In this document: piece after piece, positions 38,957-50,248 of the stretch
Layout of the letters: every line of letters begins with the position of its first letter
Numbering within the stretch: position 1 is the first letter of the stretch
Assembly (NCBI GenBank): GCA_903850505.1
Contig: CAINLT010000126.1
Coordinates: 22,534-86,533, forward strand
Direction of reading: 5' to 3'
DNA: 64,000 nt
Source of the DNA: an uncultured Myxococcales bacterium
GTDB taxonomy: Bacteria > Myxococcota_A > UBA9042
The notes under the pieces: generated by a model
Told to the model about the DNA's origin: nothing
The model's input: only the letters and a program-made list of their open reading frames with translations
The model's database searches: none
Program-made: the position numbers and the translations under genes

Positions 38957-40375
38957 ATGCGCCATCTGATTCCCGTCCTGCTGCTCGCCACCGCCTGCGC
39001 GCCCTCCCTGCAATACCGGCAGGATGCTGCCGTCGCGTACGGCTTCTCCGCGCCGTGTGGCCAAGGGCCGTTCACGCTTTCCCTGCGCTTGAAAGGCGCG
39101 CGCTGGGGCGAAAAGCTGGCAATCGGCGGTTTTGCTCCGCACGCGGTAGTGGGGCGCTACACGATCAAGCTGGACGGCAAGCGCGTATCGGAAGGCCAGT
39201 TTGCGACTGAGCACATCGTGCAAAATGGGACGTACGCGTCGCTGCAAGGCGACCAGAAGCCGGATAACCAGCGCTGCGTGGAGAGGCCGGCGGCGGTCGC
39301 GCTGGAGCCGGTCGCGCCACCGCCGTCGCTTCCGGTGGAGCCGCCCCCGCCGTGGCAGCCGCCGCCGTTGGCCTGGCAAGCGCCGCCGCCGCCGTATGCC
39401 GTGCCGGTACCCGCTGCGCCCGTGCCGCCGCCTTTGCCGGACCCGCCGAAGGCCGTGGTCGCCGCCCAGTTGGTTGCCCTGAATCCCGGCGAGTCTGTCG
39501 CGGACGGCAGCCGCAACTTCCGTGTCGCGTCGTTCACGTGGCCGAGCGTGGACCTGATTGGCACGCCGCAGATCGCGCCGGACGCCGTGCTGGAGATCAC
39601 GCTGTGGTCGGAGGAACCCAATGACTGGGACGGCGCGACGCTGCAGTGGGTCCACGAGGTGGCCGAGCCGACCGTGCCGGAGGCGGAGTACATCGCCTAT
39701 CTGCACAAGGAGCGCCGCGAGGCGGAAGCGGACGCGAAGCGGCGGCAGGAGGAGGCGAATCGCGAATACCAGGAGCGACAAGCGGAGGCGAATCGCAAAA
39801 ACGCAGCGCGGCAGAAGCGCTGTGATGAACACCACGACGACGAGGATTGTTGGGGCAAGGGCGGCTATGACGCCTACGTGGCGTCGTGGAATGCGCCGCG
39901 CCCTCAGCCGAAGCCTGTGGTGCCGGTTGTCGTCGCTGCGCCGGTTGTGACCGCGCCCCAGCCGCGCCCGCCAGAGGGGCCACCGCCGGTCGCGCAGACG
40001 GAGATGCCGCCCCCGCAGCCGTCCTTGCACGCGGAGTGGGTGGCGGGCTACTGGCAGTGGACGGGCTTTGCCTGGTTCTGGCTGGGCGGCTGGTGGCGCG
40101 TGCCGCAGCAGGATTTGGTGGCGCAGGCCACGATGGTCGCGCCCGCGCCGCCGCCGCTTGTTCAAGTTGAGGTCGCACCGCCGCCGCCGCTGCCTGACGC
40201 GGTGTGGCTTGCGGGCGCTTGGTATTGGGACGGCCGGATCTGGCTCTGGCATTCGGGTCAGTGGACGTTGCCGCCGCGTCCGGGCCTGCTTTGGCACGCG
40301 CCGACGTGGGTGATCGACGGCCGCGGTGTGCGCTTGGTACCCGGCGTGTGGGGCGAGGTGGTCCGGTTGCGGTAG
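38957..40375 (+). CDS. proline-rich lipoprotein with C-terminal Trp/Gly-rich repeats
   Basis: MRHLIPVLLLATACAP. PPxP tracts. Basic/acidic helical stretch (KERREAEADAKRRQEEANREYQERQAEANRKNAARQKR). Three W-x-x-G-x-W-type repeats (WVAGYWQWTGFAWFWLGGWW / WLAGAWYWDGRIWLWHSGQW / LLWHAPTWVIDGRGV). Confidence 0.55.
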   Translation: MRHLIPVLLLATACAPSLQYRQDAAVAYGFSAPCGQGPFTLSLRLKGARWGEKLAIGGFAPHAVVGRYTIKLDGKRVSEGQFATEHIVQNGTYASLQGDQKPDNQRCVERPAAVALEPVAPPPSLPVEPPPPWQPPPLAWQAPPPPYAVPVPAAPVPPPLPDPPKAVVAAQLVALNPGESVADGSRNFRVASFTWPSVDLIGTPQIAPDAVLEITLWSEEPNDWDGATLQWVHEVAEPTVPEAEYIAYLHKERREAEADAKRRQEEANREYQERQAEANRKNAARQKRCDEHHDDEDCWGKGGYDAYVASWNAPRPQPKPVVPVVVAAPVVTAPQPRPPEGPPPVAQTEMPPPQPSLHAEWVAGYWQWTGFAWFWLGGWWRVPQQDLVAQATMVAPAPPPLVQVEVAPPPPLPDAVWLAGAWYWDGRIWLWHSGQWTLPPRPGLLWHAPTWVIDGRGVRLVPGVWGEVVRLR

Positions 40376-40447
40376 CGCGGGCAGGCATCAATCTAGCCAC
40401 CGGACGGGCAACCTGCTACAACGCAGCCCGCAACGTGTGAGGCAGCC

Positions 40448-40720
40448 ATGGCCAAGACCCCCGACCTGTTTCCCCAGCCAGAAGCGACCTCGGCCGAACC
40501 GCCTGCGTCGTTTGAGAAGCTCGTCGATCAGCTGGACAGGCTCGTGGCGCAGTTGGAGTCTGGCCAGCTTTCGCTGGAAGACAGCCTCGCGGCGTTTGAC
40601 ACTGGCATGGCGATTTCGCGCAAAGCCGCGGCGATCCTCGACGCCGCCGAGCACCGGCTGGAGCAGATCGCTGGCTCTCCGGACAAGCCCGAGTTGAAGC
40701 CGCTCGACGAGCCGGCGTAA
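40448..40720 (+). CDS. xseB: exodeoxyribonuclease VII small subunit
   Basis: FEKLVDQLDRLVAQLESGQLSLEDSLAAFDTGMAISRKAAAILDAAEHRLEQI. Confidence 0.85.
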   Translation: MAKTPDLFPQPEATSAEPPASFEKLVDQLDRLVAQLESGQLSLEDSLAAFDTGMAISRKAAAILDAAEHRLEQIAGSPDKPELKPLDEPA

Positions 40721-40795
40721 CGCGTTGAACTTTTCAGCAGACCCCGGCACCCCACGTAACAGGTTGCGCAACTGCGACCCGACGTGGAGGGCGGC

Positions 40796-41605
40796 ATGTT
40801 CGACACAGACAGCGGGATTGTCGTGAGCCAGAAGGTGCGCACAGAGCGACTGGACGAGCGGCTGGTGCACGCCGGCCTGTGCGGCGATCTGCGGGAATCC
40901 GCGGGCTTGGTGATGGCCGGCAAGGTCATGGTCGGCGAGCGCAAGGTGGACAAGCCGGGGACGATGGTGCCACTCGACGCGCCGGTGCGGCTGATTGGCG
41001 GCCCGCCGATGCCGTTTGTGTCGCGCGGCGGCATCAAGCTGGACGGCGCGCTGCGGCACGTGGGGCTGGACGTGACCGGCCTGAACTGCGCCGATGTGGG
41101 CGCCTCGACCGGCGGCTTCACCGATTGTCTGTTGCAACGCGGCGCCGCACACGTCGTCGCCATTGACGTGGGTCACGGGCTGTTGGCGGACAAGCTCCGC
41201 CGCGATCCACGCGTCACCGTGGTGGAGCGCACCCACGCGCGCGCGATGACCCGCGAGCAGATGCCGTGGCTCGCCGACTTGCTGGTGATGGACGTGAGCT
41301 TCATCGGTGCCCGCGCGGTGCTGCCCGTGCTCGTCGGCTTGGTGCGGCCCGGCGGTCATTTGCTGGTGCTGGTCAAGCCGCAGTTTGAGCTGCCGGCCAA
41401 CCTCGTGCCGGCCGGTGGCGTGGTGGCGGACGATGGCGCGCGCTGGCAGGCGGTGAAATCCGTGCAGGACGCCGCCCGCGATCTGGGCCTGACGCTGCGC
41501 GCGACGGCCGAGAGCGAGCTCAGCGGACCGATGGGCAACCGCGAAGTCTTCGTGTTGCTCCAGCGTCCAGATGCCGGGGTGGGGCCTGAAGACCACCGCC
41601 GCTAG
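40796..41605 (+). CDS. tlyA: TlyA-family rRNA 2'-O-methyltransferase (S4 + FtsJ domains)
   Basis: RLDERLVHAGL...SRGGIKLDGAL...VGASTGGFTDCLLQRGA...DVSFI. Confidence 0.85.
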   Translation: MFDTDSGIVVSQKVRTERLDERLVHAGLCGDLRESAGLVMAGKVMVGERKVDKPGTMVPLDAPVRLIGGPPMPFVSRGGIKLDGALRHVGLDVTGLNCADVGASTGGFTDCLLQRGAAHVVAIDVGHGLLADKLRRDPRVTVVERTHARAMTREQMPWLADLLVMDVSFIGARAVLPVLVGLVRPGGHLLVLVKPQFELPANLVPAGGVVADDGARWQAVKSVQDAARDLGLTLRATAESELSGPMGNREVFVLLQRPDAGVGPEDHRR

Positions 41606-41673
41606 CCGTGTGTTGCCGATCTGTTGCATTGGCCTCCGCTGAACCGGTATCATGCTGGGCCTATTGATGTGTC

Positions 41674-44316
41674 GTGAGGCCCGCAGTGATCGCCGATTGT
41701 CCCAGTTCCACGCCGTTCTTCGGCCGTGTGATCGTTCCCGCTCTGCTCTTTTGCCTCGCGGCCGCCGGTTGCAGCGATGCTCCGACCGCGAGCGGTGAGG
41801 CGTTGGATGCCGCCAATGGCGTTGGCGACGACCTGTTTGCCGCGTTCCCGGACGCCAAGGACGTTGCCGCCGCCGATTTCCTCGCCTCGGACGCGGCCGC
41901 CGATGCGTCGCAGTTGAGCGCCGATGGCACAAGCACCTGCGCTGCCACCGGCGCGGCGTGGTGCCCGTGCAAGGAAAACGCGGACTGCGACGGCGGCCTC
42001 TGCATCGACACGCCCAACGGCCATATCTGCGCCGCCAAATGCTTTGACCTGTGCCCCGAGGGCTTTGCCTGCGCGGGCGTGAACACGGGCGGCGGCGACA
42101 TCTCCACCATCTGCGTGCCCAAATGGGGCTGGCTCTGCGATCCGTGCAGCACCAACGCGGATTGCGACAGTCCGGGCGTTGGCAAGCAGGCCGCGTGCCT
42201 CGACTACGGCAATGCGGGCCATTTCTGCGGCGTGGACTGCACAAGCGCGGCCGATTGCCCCATGGGCTACGTCTGCGGCGAAGGCAAAACCGTCGACGGC
42301 GCAACCCGCAAGCAGTGCTGGCATGGCGCCGACGTGGGCGCGGCGGCCAGCGCGTGCGGCTGCTCGCCGCGCGCGACGGTCATGGAACTGACGACAGCGT
42401 GCTGGGTGGCCGATGCCACGAGCGGCGCGACCTGCGGCGGCTTGCGGCATTGCACCGACAAGGGCCTGGAGCCGTGCAGCGGCAAGCCCGGCAAGGAAGT
42501 TTGCAACGGCAAGGATGACGACTGCGACGGCCAGACCGACAACGCCGCGTGCGACGATCAGAACGCGTGCACGCAGGACCTGTGCGACGCGATCGCCGGC
42601 ACATGCACGCACAACGTGCTGGACGGTTCGCCGTGCAACGCCGACAACACGGAATGCACCGCCAACGACACCTGCCAGAGCGGCGTGTGCAAGCCCGGCG
42701 CGGCCAAGACGTGCAGCGACGGCAACCCGTGCACGGACGACACGTGCGACCCGAGCGGCGGCTGCGTCTTCGCCAACAACTCCGCGGGCTGCGACGACGG
42801 CAAAATCTGCACGACGGGCGACTATTGCGCGGGCGGCGTCTGCAATGCCGGCAAGAGCAACAACTGCGACGACGGCAATAGCTGCACCGACCAGACGTGC
42901 GATCCCAAGACGGGAAACTGCAACACGACGTTCAACGCGCTCAACTGCGACGACGGCAACGCCTGCAGCAGCAACGACGCGTGCAAGGACGGCGTCTGCA
43001 AGGCGGGCGTGACCGTGGACTGCAAGGACGCCGATTTGTGCACGCTGGATTCCTGCGACGTGGCAGGTGGCTGCAAGCACACGATCAGCACCGGCGTTTG
43101 CGATGACGGCGATGCCTGCACGTACGGCGAAACGTGCACCACCGGCGTGTGCAACGGCGGCGCGCAGCTGAATTGCGACGACCTGAATCCGTGCACCGCG
43201 GATTCCTGCGACAAGCTGATCGGCTGCGCCCACACGCCGCAAAATGGCGCGTGCAACGACGGCAACGCCTGCACGGACAGCGACGTCTGCTCCGGCGGCG
43301 CGTGCGTGGGCGCGCAAAGCCCGCCGTGCGCCAGCGACCAGAACTTGTGCACCGACGACGTGTGCGATCCGACGCTGGGCTGCGTGCACACCAACAACGC
43401 CTTGCCATGCACCGATGGCAGCGTCTGTACGCAAACGGACACGTGCTCCGGCGGCCTGTGCGTGGGCGGCGCGCCGCTCAATTGCGCCGACGACGGCAAT
43501 CCGTGCACAACGGAATCGTGCAATCCGGTCAGCGGCTGCGCGTCGATCAACAACTCCGCCAGCTGCGACGACGGCGATGCGTGCACGCTGAACGACGTCT
43601 GCTCCGGCGGAACCTGCAAGTCCGGCGCGGCCAAGGATTGCACTTCGCTCAACACCACCTGCGGCGACGGCAAGTGCAGCCTGGGCAGCTGCTACATGGC
43701 TCCGTACCCCATCAAGACCGCGTGTCCGACGGGCTTGTGCGATGGCTTGGGCACCTGTGAGGCGCAGACCGCACAGACGATTGACGGCTGCACCAAGGAG
43801 CCGACGGTCGACTATTTCCAGGACTGCAAGACGTGGGCCTGCTACGGCTGCGCGCTGGAGAATGGCTTCTCCGCCTACAACATCACGGATTGCGCCGGCA
43901 CGGGGTGCTTCAACCGTTTCCCGACGTTTGGCGTCAACGGCATGATCGTGATGTGGGCGGACTGGGAACAGAGCGCGTACGTCGACTGGAAGTTTCCCAA
44001 GCCGCTGATCGGCAACTACAAGATTGAGGCGGCCATTCCGCCGGGCATTCCGGCCAGCTCCGGGACGTGCACGCCGGCGCAGGCGACTTACAACACTGCG
44101 GCGAAGTATCACTTCCTGACGGCGAGCGGGGAGCTGATTGCCCCGGTGGTCAAGAACCACAGCACGACCAAGAACACCAAAGTCACGCTCTTCAGCGGCG
44201 ATGCGACCGGCCTGACCGGCATCCGGCTGTACAACGGCCCGTCGGCCAGCGGCACGCAGCCGCCCGCGTGCGAGTTCTACTTGGTTGACGCCGTGTACGC
44301 GACGCCGCAGCCATGA
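41674..44316 (+). CDS. large cysteine-rich tandem-repeat lipoprotein (myxobacterial Cys-rich repeat type) with ~230-aa non-repeat C-terminal domain
   Basis: GTG start. Lipobox LFCLAAAGC. D/A-rich linker. At least 13 copies of roughly 38-40-aa C-x-D-G-N-x-C-T-x-D-x-C-D-x-x-x-G-C repeats. Opposite-strand ORF 41650..44160 is rejected as an artefact. Confidence 0.8.
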   Translation: MRPAVIADCPSSTPFFGRVIVPALLFCLAAAGCSDAPTASGEALDAANGVGDDLFAAFPDAKDVAAADFLASDAAADASQLSADGTSTCAATGAAWCPCKENADCDGGLCIDTPNGHICAAKCFDLCPEGFACAGVNTGGGDISTICVPKWGWLCDPCSTNADCDSPGVGKQAACLDYGNAGHFCGVDCTSAADCPMGYVCGEGKTVDGATRKQCWHGADVGAAASACGCSPRATVMELTTACWVADATSGATCGGLRHCTDKGLEPCSGKPGKEVCNGKDDDCDGQTDNAACDDQNACTQDLCDAIAGTCTHNVLDGSPCNADNTECTANDTCQSGVCKPGAAKTCSDGNPCTDDTCDPSGGCVFANNSAGCDDGKICTTGDYCAGGVCNAGKSNNCDDGNSCTDQTCDPKTGNCNTTFNALNCDDGNACSSNDACKDGVCKAGVTVDCKDADLCTLDSCDVAGGCKHTISTGVCDDGDACTYGETCTTGVCNGGAQLNCDDLNPCTADSCDKLIGCAHTPQNGACNDGNACTDSDVCSGGACVGAQSPPCASDQNLCTDDVCDPTLGCVHTNNALPCTDGSVCTQTDTCSGGLCVGGAPLNCADDGNPCTTESCNPVSGCASINNSASCDDGDACTLNDVCSGGTCKSGAAKDCTSLNTTCGDGKCSLGSCYMAPYPIKTACPTGLCDGLGTCEAQTAQTIDGCTKEPTVDYFQDCKTWACYGCALENGFSAYNITDCAGTGCFNRFPTFGVNGMIVMWADWEQSAYVDWKFPKPLIGNYKIEAAIPPGIPASSGTCTPAQATYNTAAKYHFLTASGELIAPVVKNHSTTKNTKVTLFSGDATGLTGIRLYNGPSASGTQPPACEFYLVDAVYATPQP

Positions 44317-44888
44317 GCTACGCGGACGACGAGATCCGCAAGCCCAAACGCCCGCCGCCGCCGATGACGCGGGTGCGGTTGCGGCAGATCGCGGAGGACT
44401 ACGTCAGCCGTTTTGGCGGGCCGTCTAGCAACCTGCGGCGCGTGCTGAAACGCCACATCGACAAGGCCGCCCGCGCGCACGCGGAGGAGCGCGACGTGAC
44501 GCAAGGCTGGCAGGTGGAGGTCGACGCCATCGTCGCGGAGTTTCTCCGTGCCGGCGCGCTCGACGACGCGCGCTACGCCCAAAATGCCGCGCAGAGCCTG
44601 GCGCAACGCGGTGTCGCCCCGCGCGTTGTCGCGTATCGCCTGCAGCAGAAGGGTATCCAGCAGGCCGACATTCGCGGCGCGCTGGCGGATCTCGGCGACC
44701 CGCGCAAGGTGGAATGGGAAGCGGCGCTGCAGCTGGCGCGGCGGCGGCGCTTGGGGCCGTATCGGCTGCCTGAGGATCGCAAGGAACGGCGGATGAAAGA
44801 CGCGGGCGTGCTGGCGCGCGCGGGCTTTCCGCCGTCGGTTGCGTTCAAGATCGTCGATTTGGATCCAGACGAGCTGGACTTGCCATAG
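44313..44888 (+). CDS. recX: RecX-family regulatory protein
   Basis: ATG overlaps the upstream stop (ATGA). Three-helix RecX repeats, e.g. LAQRGVAPRVVAYRLQQKGI, DIRGALADLGD. Confidence 0.8.
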   Translation: MSYADDEIRKPKRPPPPMTRVRLRQIAEDYVSRFGGPSSNLRRVLKRHIDKAARAHAEERDVTQGWQVEVDAIVAEFLRAGALDDARYAQNAAQSLAQRGVAPRVVAYRLQQKGIQQADIRGALADLGDPRKVEWEAALQLARRRRLGPYRLPEDRKERRMKDAGVLARAGFPPSVAFKIVDLDPDELDLP

Positions 44889-44897
44889 TCGGTCGCG

Positions 44898-45719
44898 TCA
44901 ATCGCGAAACGTCGCCGTGTCCTTGGTCATCATCGCCATCGCCGCGGTCATCAGGTCCTCAGACAGCAGCATCGACGCGTTCCAGCTCGCCACGTATTTC
45001 AGGCCGTCTTCCACGGAGTGGTCGCGCGAGAAGTTGAGGTTCTCCTTGAGCCCGCGCACCGTCAGCGGCGACTTCAGCGCGATCGACTTGGCGACGCCTT
45101 GCGCCACGGCCAGCATCGCGTCCTTGTCGGGCAGGCACTGGCTCACCAGACCCATTTGCAGCGCCTCCGGGCCGTAGAACTCGCGCGCCGTGAACGCCAA
45201 TTCGCGCGTGCGACCGTCGCCGATAATCCGCGGCAGCCGCTGCAGCACGCCGACGTCCGCGACGAGGCCGAGGTCCAGCTCCTTGAGCGAAAAGCGCGCG
45301 TCCGCCGAGCAGTAGCGCAAATCGCACGCGGCGATCAGGTCCAGCGCGCCGCCAATGCAGGAGCCGTGAATCGCCGCGATCACCGGCTTGCGGCAGCGTT
45401 CAATCGCCGTCAGGCAATCCTGCAGCTGGAGGATGAAGCCGCGCACTTTGTCGGCCATGCGACCGTGGCACGGATCCTGGATTTGTTCCTGCAGGCCCAT
45501 GAACAGCCCGAGGTCGATGCCCGCGCAGAAGTGGTTGCCCTGACCGGTGATCACGCCGACGCGGGCGGTCGATTCGCCGTCCAGCCACTCAAAAGCCGCC
45601 TTCAGCTCAAACCACAGTTCCAGGTGCAGCGCGTTGGCGCGCTTGGGGCGGTTGAGGGAAATGGTGGCGATCTGGTCGTCCAGCGTCACGAGGAGATGCG
45701 CAAAAGTCGGCAGCGTCAT
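44898..45719 (-). CDS. enoyl-CoA hydratase/isomerase (crotonase) family protein
   Basis: ORF 44898..46007(-). Start at MTLPTFAHLLVTLDDQIATISLNRP. Crotonase motifs FCAGIDL, AAIHGSCIGGALDL. Confidence 0.85.
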   Translation of the reverse strand: MTLPTFAHLLVTLDDQIATISLNRPKRANALHLELWFELKAAFEWLDGESTARVGVITGQGNHFCAGIDLGLFMGLQEQIQDPCHGRMADKVRGFILQLQDCLTAIERCRKPVIAAIHGSCIGGALDLIAACDLRYCSADARFSLKELDLGLVADVGVLQRLPRIIGDGRTRELAFTAREFYGPEALQMGLVSQCLPDKDAMLAVAQGVAKSIALKSPLTVRGLKENLNFSRDHSVEDGLKYVASWNASMLLSEDLMTAAMAMMTKDTATFRD

Positions 45720-45894
45720 GATCAGTTCCGTGTGGCGTTTGGCGCCGCGGCGCAGCCTGACCCAAACGCGCAGGCTTGCCAAGATGCGGCCCTGATCGCG
45801 CGTGGTTTCGCAGGATTGCCGCCGCGGGCTTGTCGTGCTGGCAATCAACACTATGCTCCGCGTCGCGCTGCGCCGTTGGCAGCCTGAGGCTCCG

Positions 45895-46338
45895 ATGATC
45901 CTGACCCTGCATTCGATTCTGCGCTGGCTCGTACTTTTTGGCGGCTTGGCGGCGACTGGTCTGGCCTTCCAGGCGTGGCGCGGGAAGCCGTGGACGCCGC
46001 TGCACAAGCGCGCGAACCTGATCTACATGATTTCGATGGACGTGCAGTTCCTGATCGGCGCCGTTGTCTGGCTGACGAGCTCGCTGGTCCAGCAGGCGCG
46101 CGGCGACATGGCTGCGGCGATGCACGACCCGATCCTGCGGTTCTTCACGATCGAGCACCCGACGTTCATGCTGCTGGCGCTGGGCGCGATGCACGCGGGC
46201 TACGGCATTGCCAAGCGCGCCGGGACGGATGTGACCAAGCACCGCAACGCATTTTTTGCCTTCACCGCGTCGCTGGCGTTCGTGTTCGCGGCGATTCCGT
46301 GGCCGTTCCGCCTCGTCGGCCGGGCGCTGCTGCCGTAG
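45895..46338 (+). CDS. small 4-TM membrane protein (possible GtrA-like partner of the downstream GT2)
   Basis: ORF 45802..46338(+). Start MILTLHSILRWLVLFGGLAATGLAF. Four predicted TM helices. Directly abuts the GT2 gene. Confidence 0.45.
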   Translation: MILTLHSILRWLVLFGGLAATGLAFQAWRGKPWTPLHKRANLIYMISMDVQFLIGAVVWLTSSLVQQARGDMAAAMHDPILRFFTIEHPTFMLLALGAMHAGYGIAKRAGTDVTKHRNAFFAFTASLAFVFAAIPWPFRLVGRALLP

Positions 46339-47379
46339 TTGAGTCAGCGGCGCTCGCCTGCTACGCTCCTGCGCCTGATGACTGACCTGACGCACCCCGC
46401 CGCCACGCTCGACCTGTCCATGGTCGTGCCGGTTTACAACGAAGACGAGAGCCTCGCAGCTATGCACGCGGCGCTCCTGGAAACGCTGGAACCGTTGAAC
46501 ATCGCCTTTGAGATCATCTACGTCGATGATGGCAGCAAGGACGGTTCGTTCGCCTTGCTGCGTGAACTCGCGGTTGATCCACGCGTCAAGGTTGTGCAGT
46601 TTCGCCGCAATTTTGGCCAAACGGCGGCGATGGCCGCGGGTTTTGAGCACGCGCAAGGCGCCATCGTCTTCCCGATCGACGCGGATTTGCAGAACGATCC
46701 CAAAGACATTCCGCGGATGCTGGCAAAGCTGGATGAAGGCTATGACGTCGTCGCGGGCTGGCGGCAGAAACGCCAGGACGCGTTCTGGACCAAGACGCTG
46801 CCGTCGCGCATCGCCAATCGCATCATCGGCCGGGTTACCGGCGTGGTGCTGCACGACTACGGCTGCACGCTCAAGGCGATTCGCCGCGACATTTTGCAGG
46901 ACGTGCGGCTGTACGGTGAGATGCACCGCTTCTTGCCGGTCTTCGCGCATCTTGCGGGCGGTCGCATCACGGAGCTCGCCGTCACGCACCATCCGCGCCG
47001 CTGGGGCGTGTCCAAGTACACGTTGTCCAAGACGTTTCGGGTGATTCTTGACCTGGTGACGGTGTATTTTCTCGCCGCCTACGCGACAAAGCCGATCTAC
47101 TTCTTTGGCCGGTTCAGCTTCGCCAGCTTTGGCGTGGCCGGGCTGGCGATGGCGACGACGCTCGTCAACCGCGTCGTCAACCACGTCTTCGTCAAGGATC
47201 AGCCGCTGTTTCTCGTCGGCATCTTCTTTGCGATCGCCGGTTTGCAGTTCCTGCTTTTTGGCCTGCTGGCCGAACTGAACATGCGCACCTACTACGAGAG
47301 CCAGGGCAAGCCGACGTACTTCGTCCGCGAGCGCCTGAACATCGCCGCGCCGGCGCCTGACCGTCAGCGGGGGCATTAG
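46339..47379 (+). CDS. GT2 polyprenyl-phosphate glycosyltransferase (GtrB/ArnC-like) with two C-terminal TM helices
   Basis: LSMVVPVYNE, YVDDGSKDGS, FPIDADLQNDP, VAGWRQKRQD. C-terminal TM pair typical of GtrB. Confidence 0.85.
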   Translation: MSQRRSPATLLRLMTDLTHPAATLDLSMVVPVYNEDESLAAMHAALLETLEPLNIAFEIIYVDDGSKDGSFALLRELAVDPRVKVVQFRRNFGQTAAMAAGFEHAQGAIVFPIDADLQNDPKDIPRMLAKLDEGYDVVAGWRQKRQDAFWTKTLPSRIANRIIGRVTGVVLHDYGCTLKAIRRDILQDVRLYGEMHRFLPVFAHLAGGRITELAVTHHPRRWGVSKYTLSKTFRVILDLVTVYFLAAYATKPIYFFGRFSFASFGVAGLAMATTLVNRVVNHVFVKDQPLFLVGIFFAIAGLQFLLFGLLAELNMRTYYESQGKPTYFVRERLNIAAPAPDRQRGH

Positions 47380-47382
47380 CCC

Positions 47383-49369
<1,987 letters not shown>

Positions 49370-49377
<8 letters not shown>

Positions 49378-50245
49378 CGCCCAGCCGCTCCACGTGGCGA
49401 TCGACGTGCGCGCGGGCCGAACGGTGCTGGCGACGGTGCAGGGCGGCCGGGTCATCGACATGCGGCGGCGCGAACATGGCGCGCAGCCCGATGCGACACA
49501 GCTGGCGGATGACGTCGCGGTGCTTGTGGACCGCGCGCCGGGTGTGGTGCGCGGACTTGCCGGCATCTGGCGGCATGGCCAGCGGTTGGGGATGGCCGAT
49601 CCGGCTGATTTTGGCGCGCTTGTCGCCGCCGTTGGCCAGCAAGCTGCGTTGCCGACCTCATGGCTGCCCTACGGCGCGGCGTTGGCGGTGGGCGAATGGC
49701 AGCGCGTCCCGTGCCAGGGCCCGCTGGGCGTCTTCGCACTGGACGTCGGCATGGCGGGCGGCGTGGTGATTGCGGGTCAGGCGTTTGCGCCGCTGCGCTT
49801 GGACCTCGGCCACCTGAGCGTGGACGTGAACGGCCTCAAGTGCGCGTGCGGCGGGCGCGGGTGCCTGCACGCGTACGCGAGCGAGACGGCCCTGCAGGAG
49901 CTCTCCCGCGATTTTGAGATGTCGCTGGAGCAGCCCAGCGCGATCGACCGGCAGACCATCATGAGCGCCCACCTTGCGGAGATGCAGCGCGCCGGAATTG
50001 GCCCGACGCACGTGCTGACGGACCGCGCTGGTTGGGCGATCGGCGTCGCGGCGTCGCGGCTGCAGGAGGCCTTTGGCGTGGTTGAAGTGCGCGTTCGGAC
50101 GCGGCACCCCGAGCTGTGGCAGGTTCTCGCGCCGTCAGCCGAGGCGGCGGTGCGGCAGATCTGCGGTCCGCGGGCGCCGCGGTTCACGCCGGCCGATCCA
50201 CGCGAAGATGGTTTCTTTGTCGGCGCCGTCGCAGCAGTGCCTTGA
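49370..50245 (+). CDS. ROK-family protein (sugar kinase/regulator-like)
   Basis: Overlaps the asnB end. ROK zinc motif CACGGRGCLHAYAS. Glycine-rich ATP-binding-like segments. Confidence 0.7.
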
Positions 50246-50248
50246 CGG

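Noticed and set aside
38228-40297. 689-aa ORF on - strand
   Set aside because: It is antisense to the HEAT and Pro/Trp lipoprotein genes. Arg-rich.
41650-44160. 836-aa ORF on - strand
   Set aside because: It is antisense to the Cys-rich repeat lipoprotein gene. Ala/Arg/Gly-rich composition. The + strand frame has the coherent lipobox and repeat structure.
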